Source of the DNA: Octopus vulgaris
Lineage: Eukaryota
NCBI GenBank assembly: GCA_951406725.2
Contig: OX597817.1
Coordinates: forward strand, 97,774,001 to 97,838,000
Length of the DNA: 64,000 nt
Direction: 5' to 3'
Below are positions 37,113 to 49,835 of this stretch, in pieces. The position numbers and the translations under genes were made by a program. Each line of letters opens with the position of its first letter. Position 1 is the stretch's first letter. The notes beneath the pieces are model-generated. The model saw only the letters and a program-made list of their open reading frames with translations, was not told the origin of the DNA and did no database searches.

Positions 37113-38659
37113 AACAACAAACAAAATGAAGACAAATATCCATCAAATGTAAATAATGTATCTCTTTCACATTCATATATTAACAGTTTAGATCTTAATT
37201 ATAAAAAAATATGATACCATTATTCTATGCTAATTTAGTTACTTTTATCAAACTTCTTTTCAGTTTGTAAGATAGAAATTTAAATGTATTAAAATGTTTT
37301 TAAAGAAATTTAAAGTGCTTACTTGATAACTGTAAACCTACTTTTGGGCCACCCTGTATATCTGCTTTATCTTTTAATAATCTTCCAAAATGCAAATTTT
37401 TCTCTCCCCAAGGAATTTTTTTCATTATTTTCCATTATTGTAACATGTAGTTGTTTTTATTGTATTTATGTCATGTGTTTTGTCATTTTGATATCCTTGT
37501 CTACTTTGTTTCAATAAAACATTTTAATGGTTTTGCATAATTTTCCAAGATTTTTGTTGATTTTGGATATTGTGTTTCTTGTTTTCAATTTCCTCATTCT
37601 TTTTATCTGTATTGAGCGTGTTGATGATCATTATTAGGTTTGTGTTAGTTTTCTTTAGTTGTTTCATTTTTTTCTTCGTTAATACTTAGGATTGATGTCT
37701 CATTTTATTGGCATTTTCTGTTCCTCTTGTGGTAAATGATATTTAAAATGTTAAGAAGTTACATGAGTAAATATATATTGAAAAACTAAGAAAATGAAAA
37801 TGCTTAGTGAACTTTATCATGAAAAGAAAGTATGTACCTGTTTCAGTTGTTTGATATGACCTCTTCATGCTGAAATAAATGAACTTCCAGATGTGATATT
37901 ATACAAATTTAGTTTAATTCACTTTAATTTTTCTTTCCATTTTATTCTGGTAGGTAGGTAGCATTGCGAGAGTGTGAATGGAGAGTGACAGACAGAGAGG
38001 AAGAGAGATATGGAAGCCATGAACAGTGAACATGGATGGAAGTGTTCGCAATGGTGTGTCTTGTTTTGAAGGAATGTAAAGAGATTAAGAGTAGGTCATT
38101 GAGTGGGAGGCAATAGGTAGTAATACATACATAAAAAAGCTAGGTGGAGAACAACAGTAAAATAAAACCATAGATAGATGAGAAATAGGGAGATGAGGTA
38201 AAGTGTTAGGGAATATAGAAGGTGCACAGTGTCAGATGCAAAGGTACAGAGGGGTGGATAGAGTGAGTTACAAAAAGAGGCATCAATAACAGATATCAGA
38301 TGTTCAAGGGAAAGGAGCATTCAGTGGACATATAGTGGTAAGGGATGATGTGAGTATGGGATAGGTGGCAATGGAAGTGGTTCCAAGAAGAGGGATTATT
38401 GGTAACTTAAAAAGGGGAAAGAAATATGTGCAGTTCTGCTTTTATATAATTATAACAGCTGAGAAATAGTACTGTGTGTTATGAAGGTGAGTTGCTGGGA
38501 AGGCTTGACATATAAAGATTAGTTGTATAGACATGAATGTCCAACCCGTGCTAGCACAGAAAACGGATGTTAAACGATGATGATGAAATATTTCAATATT
38601 TTTACTGAGATGAACGATTGTTCTTGACATTCATCTCAGTTCATTAAAGTCTCCGTAAG

Positions 38660-39000
38660 GTTGAACAACCTGTGGTTGAATGTCACTGCTTTGTTCCATA
38701 TCTTCCTGGGTCTCTGTCTTCCACAAGTTTCATCCACATTTCATGATCAATTCTTTTTGCAACTGTCCTCACCCATATGCATTATATGACCATATCAGTG
38801 CAATCATCTCTTTTGCATGCTACATCTGATGCTTCTTATACCCAATTTTTCTCCCAACACATTTGCCCTTTGTTTAGCATGTGCATTGATGTTGCATATC
38901 CTGTGGAGCATACTCAATTAATCTCTTTTTAGTCTTTGCATGATAGTAAAACAGTAGCATTGCTGTTCATGCACATGAATCACATAATCTGCCTTTCACT
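38660..39000 (-). mobile_element. Old RTE C-terminal fragment
   Basis: Diverged similarity to 31790-32130 of the RTE in this window. Confidence 0.5.
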
Positions 39001-39379
39001 CTGTGAAAGCATTCAAATGATATATAATTCAAAGCATTCAAATAATATATAATTCAAATGATATATAATTATTTTGACACGAAAATGATAAAGTAAAAAA
39101 CATGTTTTTCCATGTTCAAACTGTGCTTGTCTTCATTGTACAGTGCTCTGTAGTGATACCTTCTTACATATGTATTTTTCCTCTTTGTAACTTTTCCTCT
39201 ACCCGTACCTGCTTTAGGTTTTTTTGTCTCACCACACCACTTTCTCCACTGTTTCCCCTATTTTCCTGCTTCCCTCTAACCTTTACCTTATTCACATCTC
39301 ACTCCACTTACCCCCAGCCAAAACCTGCACCCCAAACACTGCTCATATTTCCTATACCCATCTCCTTACACAGATGCTT

Positions 39380-40090
39380 TCCTTTATATGCACACAACTC
39401 ACCACCTTTTTCTCTCTTAATTTTTCCCCATGAAACTTCCACAGATTTTCTCTAGTTTTATCATTTTTCATTTTTGGTTTATGTGGTTACCCACCCACTT
39501 ATCCATTGATCATACCTCAGTTTTGAACACCCTATGTTCAAAATTCTTTCCACCACATTCTCTTATCTACTACCCTGTCCCTAGAACACAGCATTGTCAA
39601 CCTCTTCCACTTCCTCCGGCTTTTTCCCTCTTCCACCTCCTCCAGCTTCTTCCCTCTCACATCTATCCCTTCTTCAAGCATGCCTACAGCTCCCACAACC
39701 TCATCCATAGTTCCATCTTCCCAGATCCTTTTGCTGCTCCCATCCCCACTTTCATACCTGCTATTTGCTTTCCATCACCACCTCCCTTACTGTACTTCCC
39801 CAATTAAGGACTTCTTCCACTGCACCTCTAGTATATGCGCTCCAATGTTTTCTCTGCAATTTCATTTCCATTGGGCAAACCAGTTTCTAACTGGCTGATA
39901 GGCTCACAGAGCACCTCTGAGACGTATGACCTGGTAGTAGGTTTCCTGTCTCTTAACATTTTATATTCCACTAGCCATTCCATCCAACACCTCTAGGTCT
40001 TCTGTATCTCCAGCACTTCACCTCCAGAGAGAAGAGGATTTGGTTTCCTCTCTCCGAACCTATAGTCCTTTCAGTCTCAACCTCCTCAAT
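39380..40090 (+). mobile_element. Highly decayed Penelope-like GIY-YIG region
   Basis: IGQT...LADRLTEHL..V....PVS.HF and EEDLVSSLRTYSPFSLN at ~39860-40085. Confidence 0.45.
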
Positions 40091-40750
40091 TTTTCTATCC
40101 TTTCTCCCCACTTATATCCTCTCAACTACCCTATCTCGCCCTGTCACCTACCATATACTCTCAAAATACCTGCACCATTCCCACCCCACCACCCTACACA
40201 CATTTACAACTCTCACACATACTTACACACACCCCTTCTTTCACCTTCCTGCATCTGTGACACTCCTACATACACCAGCACATCCACATGCCCTCTTACA
40301 CCATCTCATCAAGGCATATATCCCCATACATATCTACTCTCCACCCATGTATGTACACACACAAATATCATTTGCCATTCTCTCACCTTGCTGTCTCCCT
40401 GAAACACACAGCCACTACATATTACTTACACATATAAACACACATTTGTACTAGGGCACCCACCCATGCACCTACTTGCATTCAAACACACATTTTCTCA
40501 TTGTTTGACAGTTTGGAAGCTCACGATCTGGAACTGTTGACCAGAAATTGAACCTGTCTTGGCGATGCCTCTTTTGGCTATAGTATTTTTTTGGTACTCA
40601 ATGTAAATACATGCATACGCAAAAATATACATATACCGTGAGAGAGAAAGAAAGACATTACAACGTATTGAATCCAATCAATAGAAACTCTTTTTCTTAA
40701 CTCATACACATAGCGAAATATGCTCACACACATAAACATGAAGAGATTAA

Positions 40751-42694
40751 CCCTTTCGTTACTATATTTCTGACCAAAATACACCCCTTATGTGTTTCAA
40801 TTAATTTCTAACATAATCATAAATTTAGTCTGGTTTCATTAAACAACTATAACTTTTTTATTTATCAATATATTAACGTGAATTTTGGAAGATAATTTAA
40901 TGAAATGTTCTCAACCAATTCTATACTATAATTTTTGTCACAAAGTGACTCTAATTGCAGGTAGATACAGGTAAATTCAACAAAATATAAAATTATTAAA
41001 ATTTTGTTCAAACATCGCTATAGAAAATGGGTTATTAGCTAATATTCAATTGGGGGCGATCTTTCGTTTATAGTAGCACGTTTCCGTCGATGATTTCCGT
41101 AAAAAACTTTTATTTTTTTACATATGGCCTTGCGGGAACATTTGAAGTAATGAGAGCGAAAGAGACTAAGAGGAAGCGATTTTATGACGAGGGAATTTCT
41201 TTTGAAGTAACCGAAGCATTGATGTACATGTGTGTGTGTGCGCGCGTGTGTGTGTGTGTGTTTGATGGAGTGTGGGAGACAGACAGTATGTTGTGTAAGT
41301 GAAGTGCTTCTGTTAGTGTGTGTGAAGGGACAGAGAGAGTAATGTGTGAAAGAGAGAGATAACTGAAATTTTTTACTCGGTGTATGTGTATATGTATGTA
41401 TGCATGTATGTGTGTGTGTGTGTATGTATCTATGTATGTGTGTGTGTATGTATGTATGGCCGATTCAGTGTAATTATTTACTCGGTGTATGTGTATATGT
41501 ATGTCTGAATGTGTGTGTGTGTATGTATGTATGTATGGCCGATTCAGTGTACACTGAATCGGCCATACATACATACATACACACACACATACTTACACAC
41601 ACACACATACATAGATACATACACACACATACATGCATACATACATATACACATACACCGAGTAAAAAATTTCAGTTATCTCTCTCTTTCACACATTACT
41701 CTCTCTGTCTCTTCACACACACTAACAGAAGCACTTCACTTACACAACATACTGTCTGTCTCCCACACCCCATCAAACACACACATGTACATCAATGCTT
41801 CGGTTACTTCAAAAGAAATTCCCTCGTCATAAAATCGCTTCCTCTTAGTCTCTTTCGCTCTCATTACTTCAAATGTTCCCGCAAGCCCATATGTAAAAAA
41901 ATAAAAGTTTTTTACGGAAATCATCGACGGAAACGTGCTACTACAAATGAAAGATCGCCCAGTTGGGTATACAACAAAATTTTACGTTAGAATTTGTTAT
42001 TCTGGGTAACTTTCTGATACCCATAATAATATTTATGGCAAAATAGTCTTAATTTCATTTAAGGTTATGGGAAACCACTAACTATCTTTTCTTTTGTTTT
42101 GTTTACATTTAGCGTAACGGTTTGTTTCCGCCGTAATGATATCAAATAGGCTCATTCGAAAAAGTAAAAAGAAATAGTCTAAGGCTTTACTCTTCTGGGA
42201 AAGTCTGTGGCTTGGTCCAGTTTCTTCAGAAAAATCACCGAAAGAAACAGTTTTTAAATTTTCACTCCATTCAGGTGCCAATTCATTTTCTTTATCGCTG
42301 TCGGAGCTCTCGGATTCACTGTTTTCACTTTCGGAAAATGAAACATCAGATTCATTATCAAATACCACGTGCTTTTTTTTTTCAGTCATAGAGTTAGATT
42401 TATGAAGGTCTTCATAGAAAATCCTTCGAATTCTGACTCGCTGCTTGATATAATGAAATTCGTATCCATTTTTTGTCAGAATTACAAATTTTGAAAACAC
42501 AATAGGAACAAATTTCGGTAAAAAATCTCCCAAAATTCACGGAATTAAAATTACACTTCGATTTTTGTACAAAACTGTAGTTGAACTCTTTACGAAGTAT
42601 AATACGTATTTTCACGAATGTACTAAAGAGATTTGCTCTGATACTCTCATTTAAATATGAATAGGTAAATTCGGGCGGTTTGGTAACGAAAGGG
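40751..42694 (-). mobile_element. Internally deleted piggyBac with both TIRs
   Basis: TTAA|CCCTTTCGTTAC...GTAACGAAAGGG|TTAA. Retains the acidic N-terminus and first part of a PGBD transposase (ORF 42078..42533). Confidence 0.92.
41055..41959. mobile_element. Spacerless palindromic foldback element nested in the piggyBac
   Basis: GGCGATC...GATCGCC, with the symmetry centre at 41550/41551. 8-bp TSD CAATTGGG/CAGTTGGG. The empty site is visible in the 9533 copy at ~9829-9836. Confidence 0.92.
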
Positions 42695-45386
42695 TTAAGA
42701 GAAAATTTAAAAGTTAACCTCAATTTTGATAAGTCTCCTCTTCACATTACACATAAAAAAAAACGTACATAACAAATAGAGTGAGAGAGAGAAAGAGAGA
42801 TATACTTGTATCAATCTGGTGGAGGTGGGGCATTTATTTCCATTTTAATGTTTCTCTCTTTCTCTCTAATTTTTCTGTTCATAGCACCAAAGTTTAAATT
42901 TACTGTCAGTTCAATTTTCTAAAAAATGTTCAGAAACCCAGTTTGAGAAAATTTTTCTTTTCCATATTCTGTCAATATTTTGTTAACCATCATCTTAATG
43001 CAGTGATGTAGAAAGCTAAACAGGAATTTATAGTTTATAGTTGTGATTTCAACTAGAATAAAACCCAAATCTTCATGGTGCCAAAAAGTACTGGAGAGAA
43101 AATGTCTGATGTCAAATAAGTCAGTATCAAATCAGCAATGCCAAACATGCAATACTAAAATGACTGTGCTAAAACATTTCATACCCCATACACACATATG
43201 TACAGCATGGAGAACGGACGTTAAACGATGATGATGATGATGATAAATATGATTATACATATAACTATGTATGTATGTATATGTATGACACACATATATA
43301 TATATAAATATATATAATCAGTCAATGAATTTCTAATATATTTTGAGTTTCATGTTTTATGATATTTTTACATGCTTTACAGTCTTACAATATTACATTC
43401 TTGGCATTAGGAAGGGCATTTAGCCATTTAAACCATACCAAATCAAACTGGAATCTGGTGCAGCCCTCTGGCTTACCAGTTCCTGTTAAACGTATAACCC
43501 AATCCAGCATGGAAAGCAGATTTTAAATGGTGATGACATATGATAATACAAGCACTTTCATGTTTTCTGTTGCAATCCTCAGGTTTATGTTGTCGCAGTA
43601 TTAACCAACTTCTGTGTTTCACATTTAATAACTAGTAAAATGACTGAATTTGTCCATCAGATGCTTTCCAATAGGTTTCAGCAGACTGAATCTTATGAAT
43701 TGTATTTTAAGAAATCAATGCATGGCTTACATGCCACAGTTTGGTGAGCATACCAACCCAGTTGATATTGTCACTGTCTTAGTCATAGGAACATTTTAAC
43801 TAATCAGCAAATGACTTAGACAACTTGACTTGGTGAACACACCAACATAGTAGACATTGTCAGTGCTCATTCATAGAAACATTTTCATCAGTCAGTCATC
43901 TGTAAAGGATTTGTCTAAATTCAGATTTTGAGAAACACCTAATAATATAAACAGGGTTCTTGCCTTAAATGAATTTAATATTACTGTTAAAATTTCTTAG
44001 AGTTTTTTTGTAAAATTACATTTAGATAAAATCAGTAGTGTTGTTATGATGGTAGTATTATCATTTATTATTATTATTACTACCCTTACTCTTATTGTTA
44101 TCATTATTATTCTTTTGTTGGAACTCCTGAAATTTTGCATGAGTAGTGAGCCTGCTGCATGCAGCCTATTGTATCATGCTATTTGTTCTCTTCAACTATC
44201 TAATACTTTCCTGATAATTCTGGCCAGGCTAAAGAGGCAAGCTTTTTACAACAGCTCTGCTGGGCACTCTATTCACATTTCCTTTATATTCCTCTCAATA
44301 CCTCTTCACTGTCCTCTAGGTCCCAACAATAATTGGCACATTATTATTATTCTGCTGCTGCTTCTGCTTGTCACTCCATTACTTAACCCATTCATAACAC
44401 TTCCATGTGATTAGTTGAAGGGCAAGGGAGGAGAGTGAGGTGGCGGTAAGTGAAATGTGTAATTTTTTTTAACAAAGTTTTTTTTCTTCTGTAACACTTA
44501 CACATGATTAATTGAAGGGAAAGATGATGAGTGAAAGAAAAAGGAGAGAGAAAAGATGGTATGGTGAAGAGGGAAAGTGTTGTGTATAAGTCTATAAGAT
44601 TGTGCATAAGTCTATAAGATTGTGCATAAAGTATATAAAGTGTATATATAAAGTGCATTAAGTAATCACCATATTCCAATTTCCTTCACTTTTCAATGAT
44701 TAGCAGACCAGCAACTATCTTTTGATACAGACAGACACAGGCTACATTTTCAGGCTTTAAAGTTTTCAGAAATAACCCAATAAGTTTTGCATTAATTCTG
44801 TGAAATATTCACGGGTCCCACTAGTTATTATTATGGCCACCATATTGTGAAATAACAGAAACTCGAAGCTCCTTAAGTTGTAATAATATTTATAACCTTT
44901 TTGGCCTTCTAAGGCCCTGTGTTTTCATTTTTATTGTTACCATTGTATTTTTGACATTGTCTGGACTGCACTGGTAGTTTTTTTGTTTAGAAACACCACC
45001 TGTTTTGCAGAGAGTGAAAATCGGTATTTTTTGAATTTCAAAAACTTACAGAAAAAGCAAATATTTTGCCATTTTCCATATTTATTTAAAGAGGGCTGAT
45101 AAAGAAGTCATCATAATGGTCAACAACAAATTCCTTTTCAGAGAAAAGAGAGAATATCAACATAGCATGGACTACACTTAATGACATAATCGAGGTGAAA
45201 ACAATTTTGTCTCTAAGCTATATCAAAACTTTCAGTGATGACAACACCAGCAACAGCAGCAACTATACCAACTGAGTGAAACTTAGAAACACAAATATCA
45301 TCACTGCCACCACCACCACAACCACCTCCACTGCAATGGAGATTTCTTTTGCAATTACTATGAGAAATTTAGAAGATTTCCGCATA

Positions 45387-45800
45387 GGTGTAGGCGTGGC
45401 TGTGTGATAAGTAGCTTGCTAACCAACCACATGGTTCTGGGTTCAGTCCCACTGCGTGGCACCTTGGGCAAGTGTCTTCTGCTATAGCCTTGGGCTGACC
45501 AAAGCCTTGTGAGTGGATTTGGTAGACGGAAAACTGAAAGAAGCCTGTCGTATATATGTATATATATATATATATGTATGTGTGTGTATATGTTTGTGTG
45601 TCTGTGTTTGTCCCTCTAGCATTGCTTGACAACCGGTGCTGGTGTGTTTACGTCCCCGTCACTTAGCGGTTCGGCAAAAGAGACCGATAGAATAAGTACT
45701 GGGCTTACAAAGAATAAGTCCCGGGGTCGATATGCTCGACTAAAGGCGGTGCTCCAGCATGGCCGCAGTCAAATGACTGAAACAAGTAAAAGTATAAAAA
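45387..45800 (+). mobile_element. tRNA-derived SINE with internal microsatellite
   Basis: A/B-box-like head TGGCTGTGTGATAAG...GGTTCAGTCCC, then CCTTGGGCAAG, a (TA/TG)n middle and tail GACTGAAACAAGTAAAAG. Homologous copies occur elsewhere in the window. Confidence 0.8.
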
Positions 45801-45809
45801 GAGAATAGA

Positions 45810-47380
45810 TAAAAGAGATTTAAAAATGGCCAGGAAAATTGATGAAAGGAATGGGAGGAGAAGGGTAGTCCTAAACCTTCCATCTGACATGATTGAGAAT
45901 ATTATAGTCACATATCGCTGTTCCCACCCAGCGTGGAAAATGCTTCTGAGAGCCAAATACAAAAATGCCTTGGGTACATATGGGAACAGAAGACCCACAT
46001 CACTCGAGGGAAGAAATTTGGAACTATTGAAGTTAGATTTCGGACTGAAGAAGAAACCAGGTGTCATTCTGCAATGACTTTGAGGAATAAAAACTTCTTC
46101 TTAATCCCCAGCTATTGCAGCCAACTCCTTGCTATGGTTAGGCTGTCTTGATAGGTTTTTACAAGAAGAGATCTTGGCGGTCAAGAAAATACCTAAACAA
46201 AACTGGTCAGGTATAAGTATGGAATTGACCTTACAATGAACGCAAGCCTATATCAATCAGCTGCCTGATCTAATCAGCCTCATGGATGGTACCTCTCAGT
46301 GTAAGTGGAGGGTGGAAAACCAAGATGCTACATATGTAGATCTGTGGCTCACTTAAAGGATTTCTGTCCTGAAACAAGAAAAACTAAACTCCCACTGCTG
46401 CCAACACTAAACACCACAGTTGCAAAATCATGACATGTTCAAAACTCCCACACCAACACCAAGTCAAAGATGGAGTCTACCCTCAGTTGCTATAAAAAAA
46501 AGCAAACTTCTCCTGAATGCTCTGCCTCCCAAACCAACATCAACAGCAATGACATGGAGAAAGAAGAACTGATTGAATAATGGACCACTGACAAAAGAGG
46601 AGGAGAGTACATAGCCCCACTCCAAGAATTCAGCAAAAAGATACACAAAATCTGCAATTGCAACCCAATTCACAACCACTCCAAGAAAAACAAAAACAGC
46701 AATATCATCAACAACAGCATGAAATCACAGAAACAACCAATTATGGTGGATAATAACTGTGATAAGGTGACAAACAGGGTGGCCTGTCTTAGCCAGAAAT
46801 TGGCAGAGAGGAAGTTGTCCCTGAAAGGTCAGTCAGATGTGGTGAATGCCTACATTGCCTCTGTCATCATTTATCCTCTGACCATCATGCCTTGCCCCGG
46901 TTACTGCTTGATTAGGTTGGAGCAAAAGAGATTGTTTGGTGGACAAGGCTGAAAGGAATGAGGACAGAAACATTCCTCTTGACTGTTACAAGTTTGGCTT
47001 TAAAAGAAAAGTAGGGGTGGAGAGGGAGGTGCTGTCCTCAAGTGAATTTATCAAAAGATGCGAAAATAGCAAGAGTGGATGGTACCTACCTGTGAGTAGG
47101 AGGAAAGGAGTTCAGGAGGCCACTTGTCTTTGGTATTCAGAGCGATCTTGGATGGTGGGGTTCCTAGAGGTTGTCCTATATCAGGAGGACGCCATTACTA
47201 TCACATTTTTTCTTTTTTTTTCTTGTGCCATATACTATGTATACTTTCCTTTAAATATATGCTATGTATACTCTTCCTTTTTTATTATCATTCCATTATA
47301 TGTAAACCTCCACACTTTATATCTGTCTTTGTAGCGCCCCCCTCCCTCATCTTTCACCCTGGTGGCAAATAAAAGAAACC
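45810..47380 (+). mobile_element. Old internally deleted Tx1 (ORF1, small ORF2 C-terminal pieces, 3' UTR)
   Basis: ITRGKKFGTIEVRF and KPRCYICRSVAHLKDFC, then LSLKGQSDVVNAYIASVIIYPLTIMPCPG and FKRKVGVER, all homologous to the Tx1 at 10447-15536. AATAAA at ~47368. Confidence 0.75.
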
Positions 47381-47439
47381 ATTATTGTTATTATTATAGA
47401 CATCACACAATATACAATATTGTGAGGTTGTGTCTACCA

Positions 47440-47990
47440 AGGGTTTGTACTGTTTGTCAAGTCACAACAAGGACCTCAGAGAGACAGTACTTTACGCAAT
47501 ATGCATGAAGTTCCATGTAATGCTGACTTTTGCAATACGCCTAGATTGTAGGGTATTTCTAAAGTTTTCAGTTGTTTTTTTCAGATTGGGTAGTATTGAA
47601 CTTAATGCAGCAATGATAACCTTTGTTTGACTCTCGTAGCCGTCACATCTTAGCGATCTCAATTCTCAGGTCCATATTTATCAAACCTTTTCTCTTTCTT
47701 TCATGATGATATGTTATCTCCTGGCACTGCTACATCAGTTATTAGGCACTCTTGTTTGTCACTCCTAAAGGTTACTATATATGGCCTTCAGTGTTCTAAT
47801 ACCTTGTCTGTTTGGAAGTCAAAGTCCCAGAAGATGTTTGCCTTTCCCTTTTCGTCCATTACCTTTTCCGGTGTATGTTGGTACCAGGCACCCGTAACCT
47901 CATATCCATACTTACAGCATAGTAGCCAGTGGAGGTTTTGGGCTACCATGTCATGTCTACTCTTGTACTCTTTCTGTGCAAGACTTTCAC
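47440..47990 (-). mobile_element. R4/Dong-clade RLE retrotransposon 3' fragment
   Basis: C..LAQKEYKSRHDMVA..LHW.LC, WYQHTPEKV, IFWDFDFQTD and DVAVPGD. Confidence 0.8.
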
Positions 47991-48006
47991 AATAATAATA
48001 ATACAC

Positions 48007-48371
48007 TTTTACTTTTACTTGTTTCAGTCATTTGACTGCAGCCATACTGGAGCACCACCTTTAGTTGAGCAAATCGACCCCAGGACTTATTCTTTGTAAG
48101 CCTAGTACTTATTCTATCGGTCTCTTTTGCCAAACACACTACCATCGGTTGTCAAGCGATGTTGTGGGGACAAACACAGACACATACACATATATATATA
48201 CATATATACAATGGGCTTTTTTCAGTTTCCGTCTACTAAATCCACTCACAAGGCTTTGGTCAGCCTGAGGCTATAGTAGAAGGTTCTTGCTGAAGGTGCC
48301 ATGCGGTGGGACTGAACCCAGAACCATATGGTTGGGAAGCAAGCTTCTTACCACACAGCCAGTCCTGCGCC
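48007..48371 (-). mobile_element. tRNA-derived SINE (same family as 45387)
   Basis: Reverse-complement similarity over the head and tail. Confidence 0.8.
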
Positions 48372-48419
<48 letters not shown>

Positions 48420-48430
48420 TAATAATAATT
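48372..48430. repeat. (TAA)n microsatellite
   Basis: Read directly from the sequence. Confidence 0.95.
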
Positions 48431-48454
48431 GTTGTTGTTGTTATCATCTTCAAA

Positions 48455-48660
48455 GGTGGCAAGCTGGCAAAATCATTAGCATGCTGGGCAAAATGCTTAG
48501 TGGCATTTTATCTGTTTTTGTGTTTTGTGTTCCAATTCCACTGAGGTTGACCTTACCTTTCGTCCTTTTAGGGGTCAATAAGATAAGTATCAGTAGAGAG
48601 CTAGGTTGATATAATTGACTCACTCAAAATTGCTGGCCTTGTGCCAAAATTTGTAACCAT
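48455..48660 (+). mobile_element. Second SINE family
   Basis: Degenerate A/B boxes. The tail AAATTGCTGGCCTTGTGCCAAAATTTG also occurs inverted at ~28312-28345. Confidence 0.55.
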
Positions 48661-48677
48661 TATTATTATTATTAAGT

Positions 48678-48783
48678 GAGGATGCATGGCCTAGTAGTTA
48701 GAGTGTTGCATTCACAATCACGAGACCATGGTTTCAATTCCTAAACCAGGTGGTGTGTTGTGCTCTTGAGCAAACCACTTCAT
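48678..48783 (+). mobile_element. SINE head fragment (tRNA-like)
   Basis: TGGCCTAGTAGTTAG...GGTTTCAATTCC followed by CTTGAGCAA, similar to the copy at 49035. Confidence 0.55.
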
Positions 48784-49034
48784 AGTACAAATCCAGTATT
48801 GGAAGGTATTTAAAGGACAAATTCAGTCATTTCACTACAGTTATCAATTGTGAAAAAAAAATAACTTAATACTGCTACAACATAAATCTGAAAATTGCAG
48901 AAAGCATGACAGTACTTGTATTATCATAAATGGTATTATTATATGTAATATTGTGAAACTGTAAAGCACATAAAAATAAAACATGAAACTCAGACTATGT
49001 TGGAATTTTATTTCCTGTACACAACTCTGATGTG

Positions 49035-49280
49035 TGAGTGTGACTTAGTGGTTAGTGTGTTCCACTCATGATCATAAGTTTGTGGTTTGAGTTCCTGGAC
49101 TGAGCAATGCATTGTGTTCCTTGAGCAAAACACTTCATTTTACATTGCTCCAGTTCACTCAGCTGGCAAAAAATGAGTAATCCTGCAAATGGACCAGCAT
49201 CCCATCCAAGGAAGATATAGAGAAATATATATACCACAGAATTTGATAAACTGGCCTTATGAGCTAAAACTTGAGAACTC
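49035..49280 (+). mobile_element. tRNA-SINE with V-SINE-like central motif
   Basis: tRNA-like head, GTTCCTTGAGCAAAACACTT and ATGGACCAGCATCCCATCCA. Confidence 0.55.
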
Positions 49281-49288
49281 TTGATCCA

Positions 49289-49330
<42 letters not shown>

Positions 49331-49474
49331 TATATATTATATATATATATATTAATATATATATTTGGTATTATTTATTTACCATTGCTTGGATTGTAAC
49401 CCTATCTACATAGTATATATATATATATATATATGTATGCATAAATGTGTGTGTGTGTATATCTATATCATGTA

Positions 49475-49835
49475 GGTGCAGGCATGGATACGTGATAAGA
49501 AATTTACTTCTCAACCACTTGGTACCAGGTTCAGTTCTATTACATGGCGCCTTCGGTAAGTGTCTTCTACTGTAACCCTGAGCAAAGGCTTGTGAATAGA
49601 TTTGATAGATAGAAACTGAAAGCAGCTTGTTGTGTTTGTTACCGTAATGCAAGTAATGTCTTTTGTTTCCAATACTCTGTGAAACTTCCCTTGTCATGAG
49701 TAAATATTACCTCATATGGAAACAAGTGAGGGTTAGGGACAGGAAATGCATCCAATTGTAGAAAATCCACCTCAACAAATTCTGGTTGACCTATGTGAGC
49801 ATGGAAAAATGGACATTAAAACAATCATAATGATA
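49475..49835 (+). mobile_element. tRNA-SINE with RTE-derived 3' tail
   Basis: The head matches the 45387 family. The tail GCATGGAAAAATGGACATTAAA matches the RTE 3' end at 31042-31080. Confidence 0.65.

Larger units (their letters stand above)
36740..37158. mobile_element. Non-coding Penelope pLTR-only insertion (inverted pLTRs, tRNA-like head, two hammerhead relics)
   Basis: 13-bp TSD TATCTCTTTCACA at 36727-36739 and 37159-37171. The arms are reverse complements and match 55333-55618. Confidence 0.85.
36691..37356. mobile_element. Tc1/mariner MITE hosting a palindromic insertion
   Basis: TIRs TAGGGTGGCCCAAAAGAAGGTTTACAGTTAT / ATAACTGTAAACCTACTTTTGGGCCACCCTG with TA flanks. Confidence 0.85.

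Noticed and set aside
39102-40454. Pro/Ser/Leu/His-rich ORFs
   Set aside because: Low-complexity CT/CA-rich sequence with few stop codons; only a decayed GIY-YIG trace is credible.
41090-41990. Long ORFs (up to 196 aa) on both strands
   Set aside because: Translations of microsatellite-rich palindrome arms.
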